A stretch of DNA of 52,827 bases from an uncultured Methanobacteriaceae archaeon (lineage in GTDB: Archaea > Methanobacteriota > Methanobacteria > Methanobacteriales > Methanobacteriaceae): assembly GCA_964444115.1 (NCBI GenBank), contig CAYUFT010000002.1, positions 1-52,827 of the forward strand, in the 5' to 3' direction. Shown in pieces: positions 34,702 to 46,600 of the stretch. Each line of letters starts with the position of its first letter. The first letter of the stretch is position 1. The notes below the pieces were generated by a model that was given only the letters and a program-made list of their open reading frames with translations, ran no database searches and was not told the DNA's origin. A program made the position numbers and the translations under genes.

Positions 34702-36258
34702 ATGGCAGTGAATAACAGCGAGATAGAAAACAAATTATGGAAAGCAGCCGATCAACTGAGAGCAAACTCAAAATTAACAGCCTCTGAATACTCAATTCCA
34801 GTTTTAGGACTAATTTTTTTACGTTATGCTGATTCTAAATTTACTTTGGCAAAAGAAAAGATAGAAAGCGAATTTAAAAATAAGAATAGTCGGATGGGAA
34901 TCAAGAAAGAACACTATCAATCAAAAGGTGTTCTATATCTCCCTGAAGAATCACGTTTTTCAAATCTTCTAGAACTGCCTGAAGACCAAAATATAGGAAG
35001 GGCAGTAAATGATGCCATGAAGGCCATTGAAGCTGAAAATGATGAATTAAAAGACGTATTACCCAAAACTTACAACCGATTAGAAAATGATGTATTGATT
35101 TCATTATTAAAAAACTTCTCTAACATATCAATTGATCTTGAAGGAGATGTTTTTGGGAAAATTTACGAATATTTCTTAGGTAAATTCGCAATGGCTGAAG
35201 GCCAACGGGGAGGAGAATTTTTTACTCCTACATCTTTAGTTAAATTGATAGTAGCGATAATCAAACCATTCCATGGCCGTATTTATGATCCTGCATGTGG
35301 TTCTGGAGGTATGTTTGTCCAGAGTGCTCATTTTGTAGAAGAGCATAAAAAAAATCCTACCAAAGAAATAGCAATTTATGGGCAGGAAAAAACTGCAGCC
35401 ACTATAAGATTATGTAAGATGAATCTTGCCGTGCATGGTTTATCCGGAGATATAAGACAAGGAAACACGTATTATGAAGATATACACAACTCTTTTGGTA
35501 AATTCGACTTTGTAATGGCCAATCCACCATTTAATGTGAGTGGGGTCGATAAAGAAAAGGTTAAAGACGATAAAAGATTTTCTTATGGTATTCCTCGTGC
35601 TGACAATGGAAACTATCTCTGGATTGAAGCTTTTGCCAATGCACTTAATCCAAAAGGGCGTGCCGGATTTGTCATGGCCAATTCTGCTGGTGACGCTGGA
35701 CAGTCTGAACTTGAAATTCGTAAAAAGTTAATCGAAGAAGGAATTGTAGATGTAATGGTTTCAGTAGGGCCTAATTTCTTTTATACTGTAACTTTACCTT
35801 GCAGCCTATGGTTTTTAGATAAAAACAAAAAAGGAACTCCTACTGAAAATAAAGTTCTTTTCATAGATGCTCGTGAAACTTATAGGCAAATTGACCGTGC
35901 ACATCGCGATTTTAAACCAGAACAAATTGAATTTTTAGCAAATATTGCTAGACTCTATCGTGGAGAAGAAATCGAGAATTTACATAATAGTAAATCGTTA
36001 GTTAATGAAACTTTTCCCGAAGGAGAATATAAAAATGTTTTAGGTCTTTGTAAATTAGTAAATTTTGATGAAATCATTGAAAATGGATATTCACTGAATC
36101 CTGGCCGTTATGTTGGTGTTGCTGAAATGGAAGAAGATGAATTTGATTTTAATGAGCGTTTGCATGAAATAAATAATGAGTTTCAACATTTGAATAAAAA
36201 AGCCCATGAATTAGAGAAAACAATTACAGAAAATTTATCTTCTTTATTGGAGAAATAG
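34702..36258 (+). CDS. hsdM: Type I restriction-modification system, methyltransferase subunit
   Basis: HsdM N-terminal helix bundle (LWKAADQLR), FFTP, motif [13 protein letters not shown], motif [11 protein letters not shown]. Confidence 0.95.
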   Translation: MAVNNSEIENKLWKAADQLRANSKLTASEYSIPVLGLIFLRYADSKFTLAKEKIESEFKNKNSRMGIKKEHYQSKGVLYLPEESRFSNLLELPEDQNIGRAVNDAMKAIEAENDELKDVLPKTYNRLENDVLISLLKNFSNISIDLEGDVFGKIYEYFLGKFAMAEGQRGGEFFTPTSLVKLIVAIIKPFHGRIYDPACGSGGMFVQSAHFVEEHKKNPTKEIAIYGQEKTAATIRLCKMNLAVHGLSGDIRQGNTYYEDIHNSFGKFDFVMANPPFNVSGVDKEKVKDDKRFSYGIPRADNGNYLWIEAFANALNPKGRAGFVMANSAGDAGQSELEIRKKLIEEGIVDVMVSVGPNFFYTVTLPCSLWFLDKNKKGTPTENKVLFIDARETYRQIDRAHRDFKPEQIEFLANIARLYRGEEIENLHNSKSLVNETFPEGEYKNVLGLCKLVNFDEIIENGYSLNPGRYVGVAEMEEDEFDFNERLHEINNEFQHLNKKAHELEKTITENLSSLLEK

Positions 36259-36259
36259 C

Positions 36260-37561
36260 ATGCTTAAATTTCATAAATTAGATAATGTGACAAATTTCCT
36301 CGGTAGGGGTGTTCAGCCAGCCTATGATGAAAATGGAATTATTGTTTTTAATCAAAGGTGCATTAGGAATAATATTGTAAGTTTAAAGGAATCTCGAATT
36401 ACTAATCCTGAAAAAAGAAAAATTTCTAAAGAAAAATTTCTTCAAAAATATGATGTTTTAGTTAATTCAACGGGTGTAGGCACTCTAGGACGTGTTGGGC
36501 AGATTAAAGATATAAATTACGCCGCTACTGTGGATTCTCATGTAACCATTGTGAGACCGAATTTAAGTTGTTTTAATGGATTATTTTTTGGATATGCAAT
36601 GGTGTATTCCCAACCAAAAATAGAAGCTATGGGAGAAGGTACTACTGGTCAGACAGAACTTTCTAGAAAACGTTTAGGTTCTCAAATTAAAGTTCCTATC
36701 CCTAATTTAGAAATTCAAAATAAAATTGCTGAAATTCTTACAGCATATGATAATCTTATTGAAAACAATAATAATAGGATTCAAATATTATCTAAATTAA
36801 CAGAAATTATTTTTAGAGAATGGTTTATAAAATACAGATTCCCAAGTAAAGAAAAATTCGAAATGATTGAATCAAAAGTAGGATTAATACCTCAAAATTG
36901 GGAAATTAAGCCTTTGAGAGAGCTAATTTCTTATTACATTGGTGGTGGATGGGGAAAAGAATATCATGAATCTGATTTTCCTGATGAAGCATATGTAATT
37001 AGAGGTACTGACATACCCCAAGTTTCAGTTGGAAATTTAAAATCGTGTCCACATCGATTCCATAAAGCTTCAAATTTAAAATCAAGAAAAATTAAATCAA
37101 CGGATATTGTATTTGAGGTTTCTGGAGGAAGCAAAGGTCAACCCGTAGGTAGAAATATTCTCATTACAGAAGAAGTTGTTAATAGGCTGAGTAATATTAT
37201 GTGTGCGAGTTTTTGTAAATTGATTAGGCCTAATAATGAATTAATTAGCCCATTCTTTTTAGATCAATTCTTTAAATATATTTATAAATCTGGTGAAATT
37301 TTAACTTATCAAACACAATCAACGGGAATTTCAAATTTCAAATTTGAATATTTCTTAGATAAAGTTATGATCGCTGTTCCTCCTAAAGAGTTATCAATTG
37401 AATTTACAAATATTATATCTCCGATTTATGAATTGATAGCTAAATTAGGCCATAAAAACGAAATTTTACTTCAAAAAAGAGATTTAATCCTTCCCAAACT
37501 TATTTCAGGCCAAATAGATATCACAGATTTAGATATTATCACAGAGGAGATAGAATCATGA
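36260..37561 (+). CDS. hsdS: Type I restriction-modification system, specificity subunit (two TRDs)
   Basis: Two variable halves, each followed by a conserved helix (ILTAYDNLIENNNNRIQILSKLTEIIFREWF and LLQKRDLILPKLISGQIDI). 1-nt gap from hsdM and 4-nt overlap with hsdR. Confidence 0.9.
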   Translation: MLKFHKLDNVTNFLGRGVQPAYDENGIIVFNQRCIRNNIVSLKESRITNPEKRKISKEKFLQKYDVLVNSTGVGTLGRVGQIKDINYAATVDSHVTIVRPNLSCFNGLFFGYAMVYSQPKIEAMGEGTTGQTELSRKRLGSQIKVPIPNLEIQNKIAEILTAYDNLIENNNNRIQILSKLTEIIFREWFIKYRFPSKEKFEMIESKVGLIPQNWEIKPLRELISYYIGGGWGKEYHESDFPDEAYVIRGTDIPQVSVGNLKSCPHRFHKASNLKSRKIKSTDIVFEVSGGSKGQPVGRNILITEEVVNRLSNIMCASFCKLIRPNNELISPFFLDQFFKYIYKSGEILTYQTQSTGISNFKFEYFLDKVMIAVPPKELSIEFTNIISPIYELIAKLGHKNEILLQKRDLILPKLISGQIDITDLDIITEEIES

Positions 37562-40500
37562 CTCCAGGTTCATATTCTGAAGATGCATTGATTGAACAAC
37601 CAGCCATTGAATTGTTCAAGTCTTTAGGCTATGAACATAAAAATGGTTTTCATGAGACATTAGGTGAAAATGGAACTTTTAGTAGAGAAACTCAATCAGA
37701 AGTTGTTCTTAAAAAGCGATTAAAAGATTCTCTAATTCGTTTAAACCCTGGAATACCAGATCATATCATTGATCTTGCAATTGAAGACATCAGTAGAGAT
37801 AGGAGTATTCTAAATCCTACTGTGGCCAATCATGAAATTTATAAAATGATTCGAGATGGGATTAAAGTAAGTGTCAATTTTGATGAGGAATATGAAGAAA
37901 TTGAAACTCTAAAGATAATTGATTTTGATAACCCAAATAATAACGACTTTTTTTTGGCTTCACAGTTCTGGATCACTGGAGATATTGAGAAAAGAAGAGC
38001 AGATTTAGTAGGTTTTGTTAATGGCCTACCCCTTATTTTTATTGAACTAAAAGCAGCACATCGGAAAGTTAGTGATGCATTTACACATAATTTATCAGAT
38101 TATAAAGATACTATTCCCCAATTATTCTGGTATAACACTTTTATTATATTATCAAATGGTTCTCAAAGCAAAATTGGAACCATATCTGCTAAATTAGAAC
38201 ATTTTAGTGATTGGAAAAGAATTTCTAGTGAAGGAGAAAAAGGAATAATTTCTTTAGACACGATTATAAGAGGAACTTGTCAAAAAGAAAGATTTTTAGA
38301 TTTATTAGAAAACTTCACATTATTTAATGACGGTGGAACTCTGATTAAGATTCTAGGAAGAAACCACCAATATTTAGGAGTTAATAATGCCATTGAATCT
38401 TTTGAAAAGATTAAAGAAAACCAGGGAAAATTAGGGGTTTTCTGGCATACTCAGGGGAGCGGGAAAAGTTATTCCATGATTTTCTTTTCACAGAAAATTT
38501 TAAGGAAATTCCCTGGAAATTACACTTTTTTAATTGTTACTGATAGAAAAGAGTTAGATGATCAGATTTATAAAAATTTTGCCAATGCTGGTGCAGTAAT
38601 TGAGGATGAAGTACATGCAAAAAGCGGCGCCCATTTACAAGAGCTCTTAAGAGAAAACCATCGCAATATTTTCACACTTATCCATAAATTTCAAACAGAT
38701 GAAGGTGAAATCTATCCTGTTTTATCGGAACGTTCAGATATCATTGTTATTACTGACGAAGCACATCGTTCTCAGTACTCTACACTGGCCATGAACATGC
38801 GAACTGCACTTCCTAATGCTGCTTTTATTGCGTTTACCGGAACTCCTTTAATGGCGGGAGAAGAACTTACTAAAAATACCTTTGGGGATTATGTTAGCAT
38901 ATACAACTTCCGACAGTCTATTGAAGATCAGGCAACGGTTCCTTTATACTATGAGAACCGTATCCCAGAAGTTCAACTCAAAAATAAGGATCTTAACTCA
39001 GATATGGAGCGTATTATTGAAGATGCGCTGCTTGATGAGGACCAGCTGCAAAAACTTGAGCGAGAATTTGCCAGAGAATATCACTTAATAACTCGCAATG
39101 ATCGGCTCGAAAAAGTTGCAGAAGATATTGTCGATCATTTTATAGGCCGTGGCTATGATGGAAAAGCCATGGTAGTGTCCATTGATAAACCAACTGCAGT
39201 TAAAATGTACAATAAAGTTCAAGAATACTGGAAACATCATATTATTGAACTCCAAGATGAAATTAATCTTATTGATGATCCATCCCATAGAAAAGAGCTT
39301 GAAAATAAGCTTAATTTTATGATGGAAACTGATATGGCCGTTGTGGTAAGTGGTGGTCAAAATGAATTTGAAAAGTTCAAGCGCCTTAATTTAGACATAA
39401 AATCCCATCGTAAGAGAATGCAAAGTGAAGATTTAGCTTCCATGTTCAAAGATGCTGATAACCCTTTCAGAATTGTTTTTGTATGTGCTATGTGGATGAC
39501 TGGTTTTGATGTTCCTTCACTTTCAACCATTTACTTAGATAAACCAATGCGTAACCATACACTAATGCAGACTATCGCAAGAGCAAATAGGGTCTTTGAA
39601 GATAAGCCAAATGGTTTAATTGTTGATTACATTGGAGTATTTAGAGATTTGAAGAGAGCTTTGGCAATATATGGAGCTCCTGGAGAAGAATCAGAGGATA
39701 TTCCTGTAAAACCAAAATCAGAACTCATCGAAGAACTTAAAGAAGCATTAGATGAGATTGAAAGTTTTTGTAAAGAAAAAGAAATTAATACAATAGATAT
39801 TATATCTACAACAGGTTTTGAGAAAGTTAAACTCCTTGAAGATGCTGTAGATTCAATTTTAGTTAATGAAGATTCTAAAAAGAAATATTTTACCTTAGAA
39901 AGTGCTGTAAAAAACTTATTTAAAGCAATATTGCCTGATCGTGATGCTGGAATATTTAACGAAAAGGTTACATTATTTAGAATAATTTCCGAAAAAATTA
40001 GATCTTTAGATCCTGATGTTGATATATCCGAAGTAATGGACGACGTTGAGAAATTACTCGATGATTCGATTGAAAGCGAAGGATATATGATAAAAGCTAA
40101 AGGAAAAGGGATAGATTTAAGTAAAATCGACTTTGATGCTTTAAGAAAACACTTCGAAACAGGTAGAAAACATACAAAAGCAGAAAAGCTCAAAAATGAT
40201 GTTCAAAGAAAGGTTAAAGAGATGGTAACTCTTAATCAAACCAGAATAGATTTCATGGAAAAATTTGAAAAGATAATAAACGATTATAATTCTGGATCTG
40301 CCAACGTAGAAGCATTTTTTGAAGAATTGATGGAATTTGCAAAGGAGTTGAATAAAGAAGATATAAGGGGCATTTCTGAAAATCTTACTGAAGAAGAATT
40401 AGTAATCTTTGATTTGATTTACAAAGATGATCTAAAAGAAAAAGAAAAGAAAAAAGTTAAAAATACAGCTAAGTATCTTCTTAAAGTTCTAAAAAACGAA

Positions 40501-40701
40501 AAATTAGTTATTGACTGGAGAAAAAAACAGCAGTCAAGAGCTGATGTGTTATTTACTATTGAAAGCATTTTAGATGAATGTTTACCAAGAAGTTACTCTC
40601 CAGAAATATACGAAGAAAAATGTAATTTTGTTTATCAGCATATTTATGATTCATATTATGGGGTTGGGGAAAGCCTATATTCCAAAATGGGAATTGCTTG
40701 A
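37558..40701 (+). CDS. hsdR: Type I restriction enzyme, endonuclease/translocase subunit
   Basis: N-terminal nuclease region (RADLVGFVNGLPLIFIELKA), WHTQGSGKS, VITDEAHRSQ, FTGTP, QTIARANR. Confidence 0.95.
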   Translation: MTPGSYSEDALIEQPAIELFKSLGYEHKNGFHETLGENGTFSRETQSEVVLKKRLKDSLIRLNPGIPDHIIDLAIEDISRDRSILNPTVANHEIYKMIRDGIKVSVNFDEEYEEIETLKIIDFDNPNNNDFFLASQFWITGDIEKRRADLVGFVNGLPLIFIELKAAHRKVSDAFTHNLSDYKDTIPQLFWYNTFIILSNGSQSKIGTISAKLEHFSDWKRISSEGEKGIISLDTIIRGTCQKERFLDLLENFTLFNDGGTLIKILGRNHQYLGVNNAIESFEKIKENQGKLGVFWHTQGSGKSYSMIFFSQKILRKFPGNYTFLIVTDRKELDDQIYKNFANAGAVIEDEVHAKSGAHLQELLRENHRNIFTLIHKFQTDEGEIYPVLSERSDIIVITDEAHRSQYSTLAMNMRTALPNAAFIAFTGTPLMAGEELTKNTFGDYVSIYNFRQSIEDQATVPLYYENRIPEVQLKNKDLNSDMERIIEDALLDEDQLQKLEREFAREYHLITRNDRLEKVAEDIVDHFIGRGYDGKAMVVSIDKPTAVKMYNKVQEYWKHHIIELQDEINLIDDPSHRKELENKLNFMMETDMAVVVSGGQNEFEKFKRLNLDIKSHRKRMQSEDLASMFKDADNPFRIVFVCAMWMTGFDVPSLSTIYLDKPMRNHTLMQTIARANRVFEDKPNGLIVDYIGVFRDLKRALAIYGAPGEESEDIPVKPKSELIEELKEALDEIESFCKEKEINTIDIISTTGFEKVKLLEDAVDSILVNEDSKKKYFTLESAVKNLFKAILPDRDAGIFNEKVTLFRIISEKIRSLDPDVDISEVMDDVEKLLDDSIESEGYMIKAKGKGIDLSKIDFDALRKHFETGRKHTKAEKLKNDVQRKVKEMVTLNQTRIDFMEKFEKIINDYNSGSANVEAFFEELMEFAKELNKEDIRGISENLTEEELVIFDLIYKDDLKEKEKKKVKNTAKYLLKVLKNEKLVIDWRKKQQSRADVLFTIESILDECLPRSYSPEIYEEKCNFVYQHIYDSYYGVGESLYSKMGIA

Positions 40702-40739
40702 AATTACTTAATTGGAAATAGAATTAATAAAGGTGCAAA

Positions 40740-42884
40740 ATGAAACTATTTGAAGAATCTGAATTAATTCAGTCATCAATATCTTATTTAAGGAATGAAT
40801 TAGGTTTCAGTTTAATTGATTATGAAGTTCCATTTAATATTGGAAAAACAAAAAATAGGGCAGATATTGTAGTTTATAAAAAGAAAAATAATGAACAAAA
40901 GCCCTATATTTTAGTTGAAGTTAATTCACAAGATAAAATCGGAAAATATGCATGGATTCAAGCTGAAAGCTATGCTAAAAGATTAAAAACTCCTTACTTT
41001 GCTGTTACAAATGGTAATGAATGGCAATGGTTTAAAACTGGGAAAATTGGTGAATCTGATGAAATTAATATTGATCAAATAAATCGTTCTGGAACCACTG
41101 TGGGTAAAATTACTATTAAAGATCAAAAACATTTTTTAAAAGTTTTTGATCATATGAAACAGATTGTATATGAATCTGAAAATTTAAGATCAGATAAAAC
41201 CCTATATGAACTAATAAAAATAATATTTGTTAAGTTGGAATATGATAAAGACATTAATAAAAAAAATTCTTTAATTGGTGAAGACAGAAGTTTAACAGAC
41301 GGAATTAATGATTTTTATCAAATAAAGCTAAAAAAATACCCTAAATTGATTGATTCGAAATTAAACGAAAATTTTTTTAGAATAAACCTTAGTGAAGAAA
41401 CAATTTCTAAATTAATTAGTATTTTAGATCAATTTAAATTTATTGATTCCGATGTTAATGAATGTTTTAATCTTAATCTGCCTACTTTGGGTTATAACTT
41501 CAAAAATGAATTAGGATATTTCTTTATACCTCTTGAATTAAGTAAATTCATTGTTAATTTTATTAATCCAAGTATTGATAATTCAATTTTAAATCCTGCC
41601 TGCAAAAACGGAGCTTTATTAATTGAAACAATTAAAAAAAATTGTGAAGAGTTAAAAAGCTCAGAAAAGCCTGAAAATATTAAAGCTAATATATCTAAAA
41701 AAATTCATGGAATAGAAGATAACCCTGAACTTTACTGGTTTACTTGCATGAATTTAATTCTACATGGATATAGTGCTGATGGAATATCCCTTACAGATAC
41801 CTTAAATTTAGAAGAAAATGATAAATACGATATAATTTTTGTTATGCCCCCATTTGGCCATATAAATCGTTTTAATAATTTTATATCTGATGAAAATTTA
41901 AGAATAAGATATACAGAAGAAGCTTTTTTATTAAAATCTATTAAATTGCTTAAAAATTCAGGCAAAATGAGTATAATATTACCTGATCGAGTTTTGACGA
42001 GTCCTAGTGCTAGACTTTTAAGAAAATATTTAAAAGAAAAAATGAATATTTTATCGATTATTTCTTTACCAAATAACATTTTTATTCATAAAAATATTAA
42101 AACATCCATTTTGTTTCTCGAAAAAAAAGAAGAAGGATTTTCTAAACAAAAAACCGTTTTTATGGTTGATTTCCAATCTAAACATCAATTAAAGGAAAAG
42201 GATTTTAATGAAGTTTTAGAAGATTACATTCTTTTTAAAAAGACAAATTTAAAAAAGGGACGAATAAGTGAGAGTTCTTTCGCAGTGAATGAAGATTTGA
42301 TTATTGAAAATGATGTTTTAAGTACTTCTTATTATAATCCCGAATATTTAGAAATTAAAAATCAATTAAAAAAATTAAAGAATCAAAAAAAATTAAAAGA
42401 TATTGGTGAAATATCCATAGGACAAAGATTTAAAGATAATTTTGAATCATCTGACAGCAGCATACCTCTTATAAAGATTAAAAATATAGTTGATGGAAAA
42501 ATTTCAAAAAAAGATCTAAAATTTATAGAGATAAATAATCCTCGGACGAAATTATGGTCACCTGATACGTTAATAATTTCTCGAATTGGACTAAAAAATA
42601 AAATTGCAATATTACCGCCTGATTTTCCAAAATATACTCTAGATAAAAATTTAATAGGTATAAAACTTGAAAAAAACGTTATACCTGAATATTTGGCTTT
42701 ATTTTTAAATTCGAAATATGGAACGGTGCAGTTAGAATCAATAAAAGTTTCTGGAATAATTCCATATCTTGGTTTATCACATTTAAAGGAGATTATTATA
42801 CCTCTAAACTCAATTAAAGCTCAGAAAAAAATTTTGGAATTAAAAGATGGAAATGAAAATGATTTTTTTATGGAGATTAAATAA
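40740..42884 (+). CDS. Fusion protein: HsdR_N-like PD-(D/E)xK-fold N-domain + HsdM-like domain with degenerate catalytic motifs + a single HsdS-type TRD
   Basis: N-terminus NRADIVVYKK...PYILVEVNSQDK...YFAVTNGNEWQWF. MTase fold FFIPLELSKFIV, IHGIEDNPELYWFTCMNLILHG, SIISLPNNIF...TSILFLEK. Motif I reads ILNPACKNGALL (41592-41612) and motif IV reads FVMPPFG (41844-41855), not DPACGSG and NPPF. The C-terminal 190 aa or so are TRD-like. Confidence 0.8.
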   Translation: MKLFEESELIQSSISYLRNELGFSLIDYEVPFNIGKTKNRADIVVYKKKNNEQKPYILVEVNSQDKIGKYAWIQAESYAKRLKTPYFAVTNGNEWQWFKTGKIGESDEINIDQINRSGTTVGKITIKDQKHFLKVFDHMKQIVYESENLRSDKTLYELIKIIFVKLEYDKDINKKNSLIGEDRSLTDGINDFYQIKLKKYPKLIDSKLNENFFRINLSEETISKLISILDQFKFIDSDVNECFNLNLPTLGYNFKNELGYFFIPLELSKFIVNFINPSIDNSILNPACKNGALLIETIKKNCEELKSSEKPENIKANISKKIHGIEDNPELYWFTCMNLILHGYSADGISLTDTLNLEENDKYDIIFVMPPFGHINRFNNFISDENLRIRYTEEAFLLKSIKLLKNSGKMSIILPDRVLTSPSARLLRKYLKEKMNILSIISLPNNIFIHKNIKTSILFLEKKEEGFSKQKTVFMVDFQSKHQLKEKDFNEVLEDYILFKKTNLKKGRISESSFAVNEDLIIENDVLSTSYYNPEYLEIKNQLKKLKNQKKLKDIGEISIGQRFKDNFESSDSSIPLIKIKNIVDGKISKKDLKFIEINNPRTKLWSPDTLIISRIGLKNKIAILPPDFPKYTLDKNLIGIKLEKNVIPEYLALFLNSKYGTVQLESIKVSGIIPYLGLSHLKEIIIPLNSIKAQKKILELKDGNENDFFMEIK

Positions 42885-43681
42885 TGAAATTTTCATCCTC
42901 CGATATTTTCTGTATTTGTAAAATTATTAATGATTATTTCCCGTTAGAAGTCATTATCGGTGAGTTAACTGAAATTACTAATGATCAGGATTTAGATACA
43001 TTTCCAGAAATTCAGGAAACTATTTATAATTCAACTCAATCATTAAACTCAGATGCTATTAATGAATTAAGCGAATATTTTCATAGTTATCATATTAACT
43101 TTTTTTTGTTTATTAAAAAATTTGTCTCTGAAGAATTTTCAGAAACTTATTTAGAATATTTCCAATCATCAGATTTCTTAAAAAAGTTAAATAAAATTTT
43201 AATTGCCTATGAAATACGTATTAAAAACTATAAAATCCAAAAAAGAGTTTTTTTATTGCAAAATAGCTCTTTAGAGGAAAATTTATTATTTGTAGATATA
43301 ATAACACCAGATCATGTTGTTGATTATTACAAAGAATCATTAATTTGTCTAAATAATGAAACATTTAGATCATCTATTCTTTTTTGTGTTTTTGCTTTTG
43401 AGGCCGGGCTAAAATGTATGTATTATACTGTAGAAAAAAAAATTCCAAACGAACCGCTTCGTAGATTAATAGATTGGGCCAATAATAATAATCTTTTAGA
43501 AAAATTAGATGAAGACTATGATGAAGGCTATGAGGAATTAATTAAATTAAAAGATTATAGGAATATTCTTGTACATTGTAGTCCAAAGGAACGCGAAGAT
43601 ATCTCTTCAGAAATTGCAGGAAACCGAGCAGTAGCTGATTTAAATTTAATTAACCAGTCTTTAAATTCAATATTTGATTAA
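42884..43681 (+). CDS. HEPN-domain protein (predicted RNase)
   Basis: C-terminal four-helix pattern with FAFEAGLKCMYY... and the R-x4-H motif KDYRNILVHCS (43559-43576). Its start shares 1 nt with the stop of the upstream gene (TAATG). Confidence 0.6.
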   Translation: MKFSSSDIFCICKIINDYFPLEVIIGELTEITNDQDLDTFPEIQETIYNSTQSLNSDAINELSEYFHSYHINFFLFIKKFVSEEFSETYLEYFQSSDFLKKLNKILIAYEIRIKNYKIQKRVFLLQNSSLEENLLFVDIITPDHVVDYYKESLICLNNETFRSSILFCVFAFEAGLKCMYYTVEKKIPNEPLRRLIDWANNNNLLEKLDEDYDEGYEELIKLKDYRNILVHCSPKEREDISSEIAGNRAVADLNLINQSLNSIFD

Positions 43682-43694
43682 TAGGGGGGCTTAG

Positions 43695-46600
43695 ATGAAA
43701 TGGACATTTATTATAAATAAAGATTTTTATTCCGAACTAAAATCCAAGAATGAAATAAAATGGAATAGTGCTAAAGAAGTGAAGAAAGGAGACATAATTT
43801 TAATATATACTGGATCTCCTTACAGCAATATTGGTTTCATTTTAAAAGCTATTTCAGACCCTTTTGAAGATTCAGAAATAAGAAAAGCCTGGGATAGACC
43901 AGCAATAATGGTTGAAAAATTACTCGAAATTCCAGAACCTATCGAACTATCTCAACTAAAAGAAAACCCCATATTAAGCAATTGGGGTGCCGTGAGAATG
44001 GGTTTTAGGGGTTCTCATTTCAAAATGTCACAAGAAGAGTGGAAAGAAATAATAAAACTTATTTTAGGGCAAAATCCTGAATTGGAAGTTGAAATTCTAA
44101 ATTTAGAAAACATATTATCAAATGGGACAATTAATCCAGAAACTATACATTATAATGATTTAAGTGCTGGTCGGGCCCATTTAGTTCGTGATTTATGCTA
44201 TTTAATAGAAAAAAATAGTAATTTAAGTGAAAAAAAGCTTTTTGATATCTTAAGGAGAAAAGTAGGAAATAATGATAATTATTGGAAAGCATATTTTTTA
44301 AGATCTAATAAAAATAACAGTCCTCAGTACAGTTTAAATTCAGCAAGAAGTTTAGGGCTGGTTGAAAAAAATTCACTACACCTAACTGAAACAGGAAAAG
44401 AATTAGCAGATTTATCTACATCCAATGAATTATTCACTCATTATTATGGGCTAGAAGTAAAAAAGTTCTTCTTTAAATTGGCTGCTTCTATCCATTCTAT
44501 AAAAACAGCTATGCAAATTTTAAAGGAAAAAAGAGAATTGCGTTTTTATTCTCCAACCTGTAAAGAAATTGATAAAGTGACTTGGGACTGGAAGATCGAA
44601 AATGGAAAAGTAATTTGTGAATCTGACAAATATAACAAATGTAAATTATGTGATAACGATTTTATGACTCATATGAAAGAATCATCACTACCCCTTGAAA
44701 CTATGCAAAAAACTAATGGGGAAGGATACGGATTTGTATTCTGGATGTGCAGTCGTATCACTCCAATGCATTTGAAAGGTTCAGATCCAGTTTATTCTGG
44801 AAATTATATTTATTGGGATGATGATGCTGAAAAAGAGCTTGGGCATCTAATTAAAATATTAGATGAAAATAAAAATTCATCCCCCAAAGTATGGAAAATA
44901 TCTCCAGGTAACTTTGAAAAAAGAAAAAAATTATGGCCAATCCTTGTTGAAAAAGGTTATATTGGAGTAGGATGGTTTGGTTGTGAATCTTTTATCAAGA
45001 AATCATTTTCTCAATTTAAATCACTAGATAGTTTAAAAGAAGAACTTCAAAAATGCTCCAAAAAGAAAGCAGTTATAAAAAATGCAGACATGATATGGAA
45101 TTTTGGAAAAGAAATTAAAATTGGAGATTATGTTGTAGCTAACAATGGCCTTAAAGGAATATGGGGCATAGGAATAATAAAAAGTGATTATATACCTCCA
45201 GATGAATCAATTAAGTTGAAGATTGATGAAGATAATGAATATTTCCATTTCAGAAAAGTTGAATGGTTAATAACCGCTCCTATTGAAATGAAAGAAGATT
45301 ATTTTTTTGTACAACAAACTATTAAAAAAATAGATTCCGAGAAATGGAAAAAAATTAAGTCATCTTATATTAAAATAAACCCTGAATATGAACGTATTTT
45401 CAGAGAAATGGAAAATAAGTCGAAAAGTGGGGACATTGAACAAGAAATTAAATTAATTAAAAAGTTATATGCTGAATTCAATAAAGATTATTTTTCAAAA
45501 CCAATAGGCATAGAACATGCTGAGGGCTATGAAAAAGAAAGACAAGAAGTTCTTAAATATTACAACAAAATTAAAGATAATCCTGAAATTTTTAATGATA
45601 CCAATAACCCAATAATTAACTACCTCTTGCCAATAAAACGTTTTTCAGTTGCTCCTACCGGATTCAATGATATTAAAGCTGTTCGAAGAAGAGAAGATAA
45701 TCTGCCTGAATTTTCAGAGTCTGTTTATAATCTAATTATTGATTTAATCAACAAAAATGATTCTAATGAACAGAAAGAGGTAATTAATACATTTAAAACA
45801 GGAGATGGGAAGGGAATACAGTCTGCAGTTTTATCATCAGTTCTTTATTTCTTAAACCCAACTTATCTATATATTAACACAAAGACTGTAAAAACTTTTA
45901 GAATATTATCTGAACTTTTAGGTCATGACAAATATATCAATGGGAATTTAATCGACTATATTGATAATTTAAAAAGATTGAAAGAATTGAAAAATGAAAT
46001 TTCTGCAATTATACCCGAATTTAAAGATTTTGAGGTTTTTGATGCCTTCTGTAACTGGATGTGTGATGCAAATCTAGGTGCTTATGCAGTTAATGGTATA
46101 AAACTCGAAATTTTAAAAAAGAATTATGATTTAAACATCAAAAATTCATTTGAAATCCTTTTAGAAAATTACAACAAAGCTAAAGTAGATAAAGTTTCAC
46201 CTGCTGAAAAAATCTTAGTAAGAGACCTATTATCAACTACAATCCCTGAAAAGTTATCTGAAATAAATCAGGGCCAATATAAAATATTCAGTAGCGCTTG
46301 GGATAAATGGCATTATTGTCCCTATGTGGCCTTGATGAATGAAAAAATCACATCTAAACATATAACTGGATATTATGTTAATTACATGTTTAGAGAAGAT
46401 ATGAGTGGCATTTATCTGGCCTTAAGGCAAGGTGTGCCAGAATTTGATAAAAGAAAGCTGGCTAAAAATTCAGAAGAATATAGAAGTAAAATAAGATCTC
46501 AAAAAGAAGTTACTGAATTTTCAGAAGAAATTGACCTAAAATCCTCTCAGGGCCAATTTGGAAAGTTTTATGAATCTGCAAATATCTACTCCAAATTTTA

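Noticed and set aside
39627-40193. 188-aa minus-strand ORF inside hsdR (also 39085..39360 and 38882..39088)
   Set aside because: They are embedded in a motif-rich hsdR frame. The translations are Ser/Ile-rich and low-complexity, typical of antisense frames of Glu/Asp/Lys-rich genes.
41732-42079. 115-aa minus-strand ORF inside the 714-aa fusion gene (likewise 47063..47257 inside the McrB-like gene, 30464..30718 inside helicase-HNH, and 26415..26696 and 27379..27588 inside the DUF1998 helicase)
   Set aside because: All are antisense to long ORFs with multiple conserved motifs, and none has an RBS or a recognisable domain.
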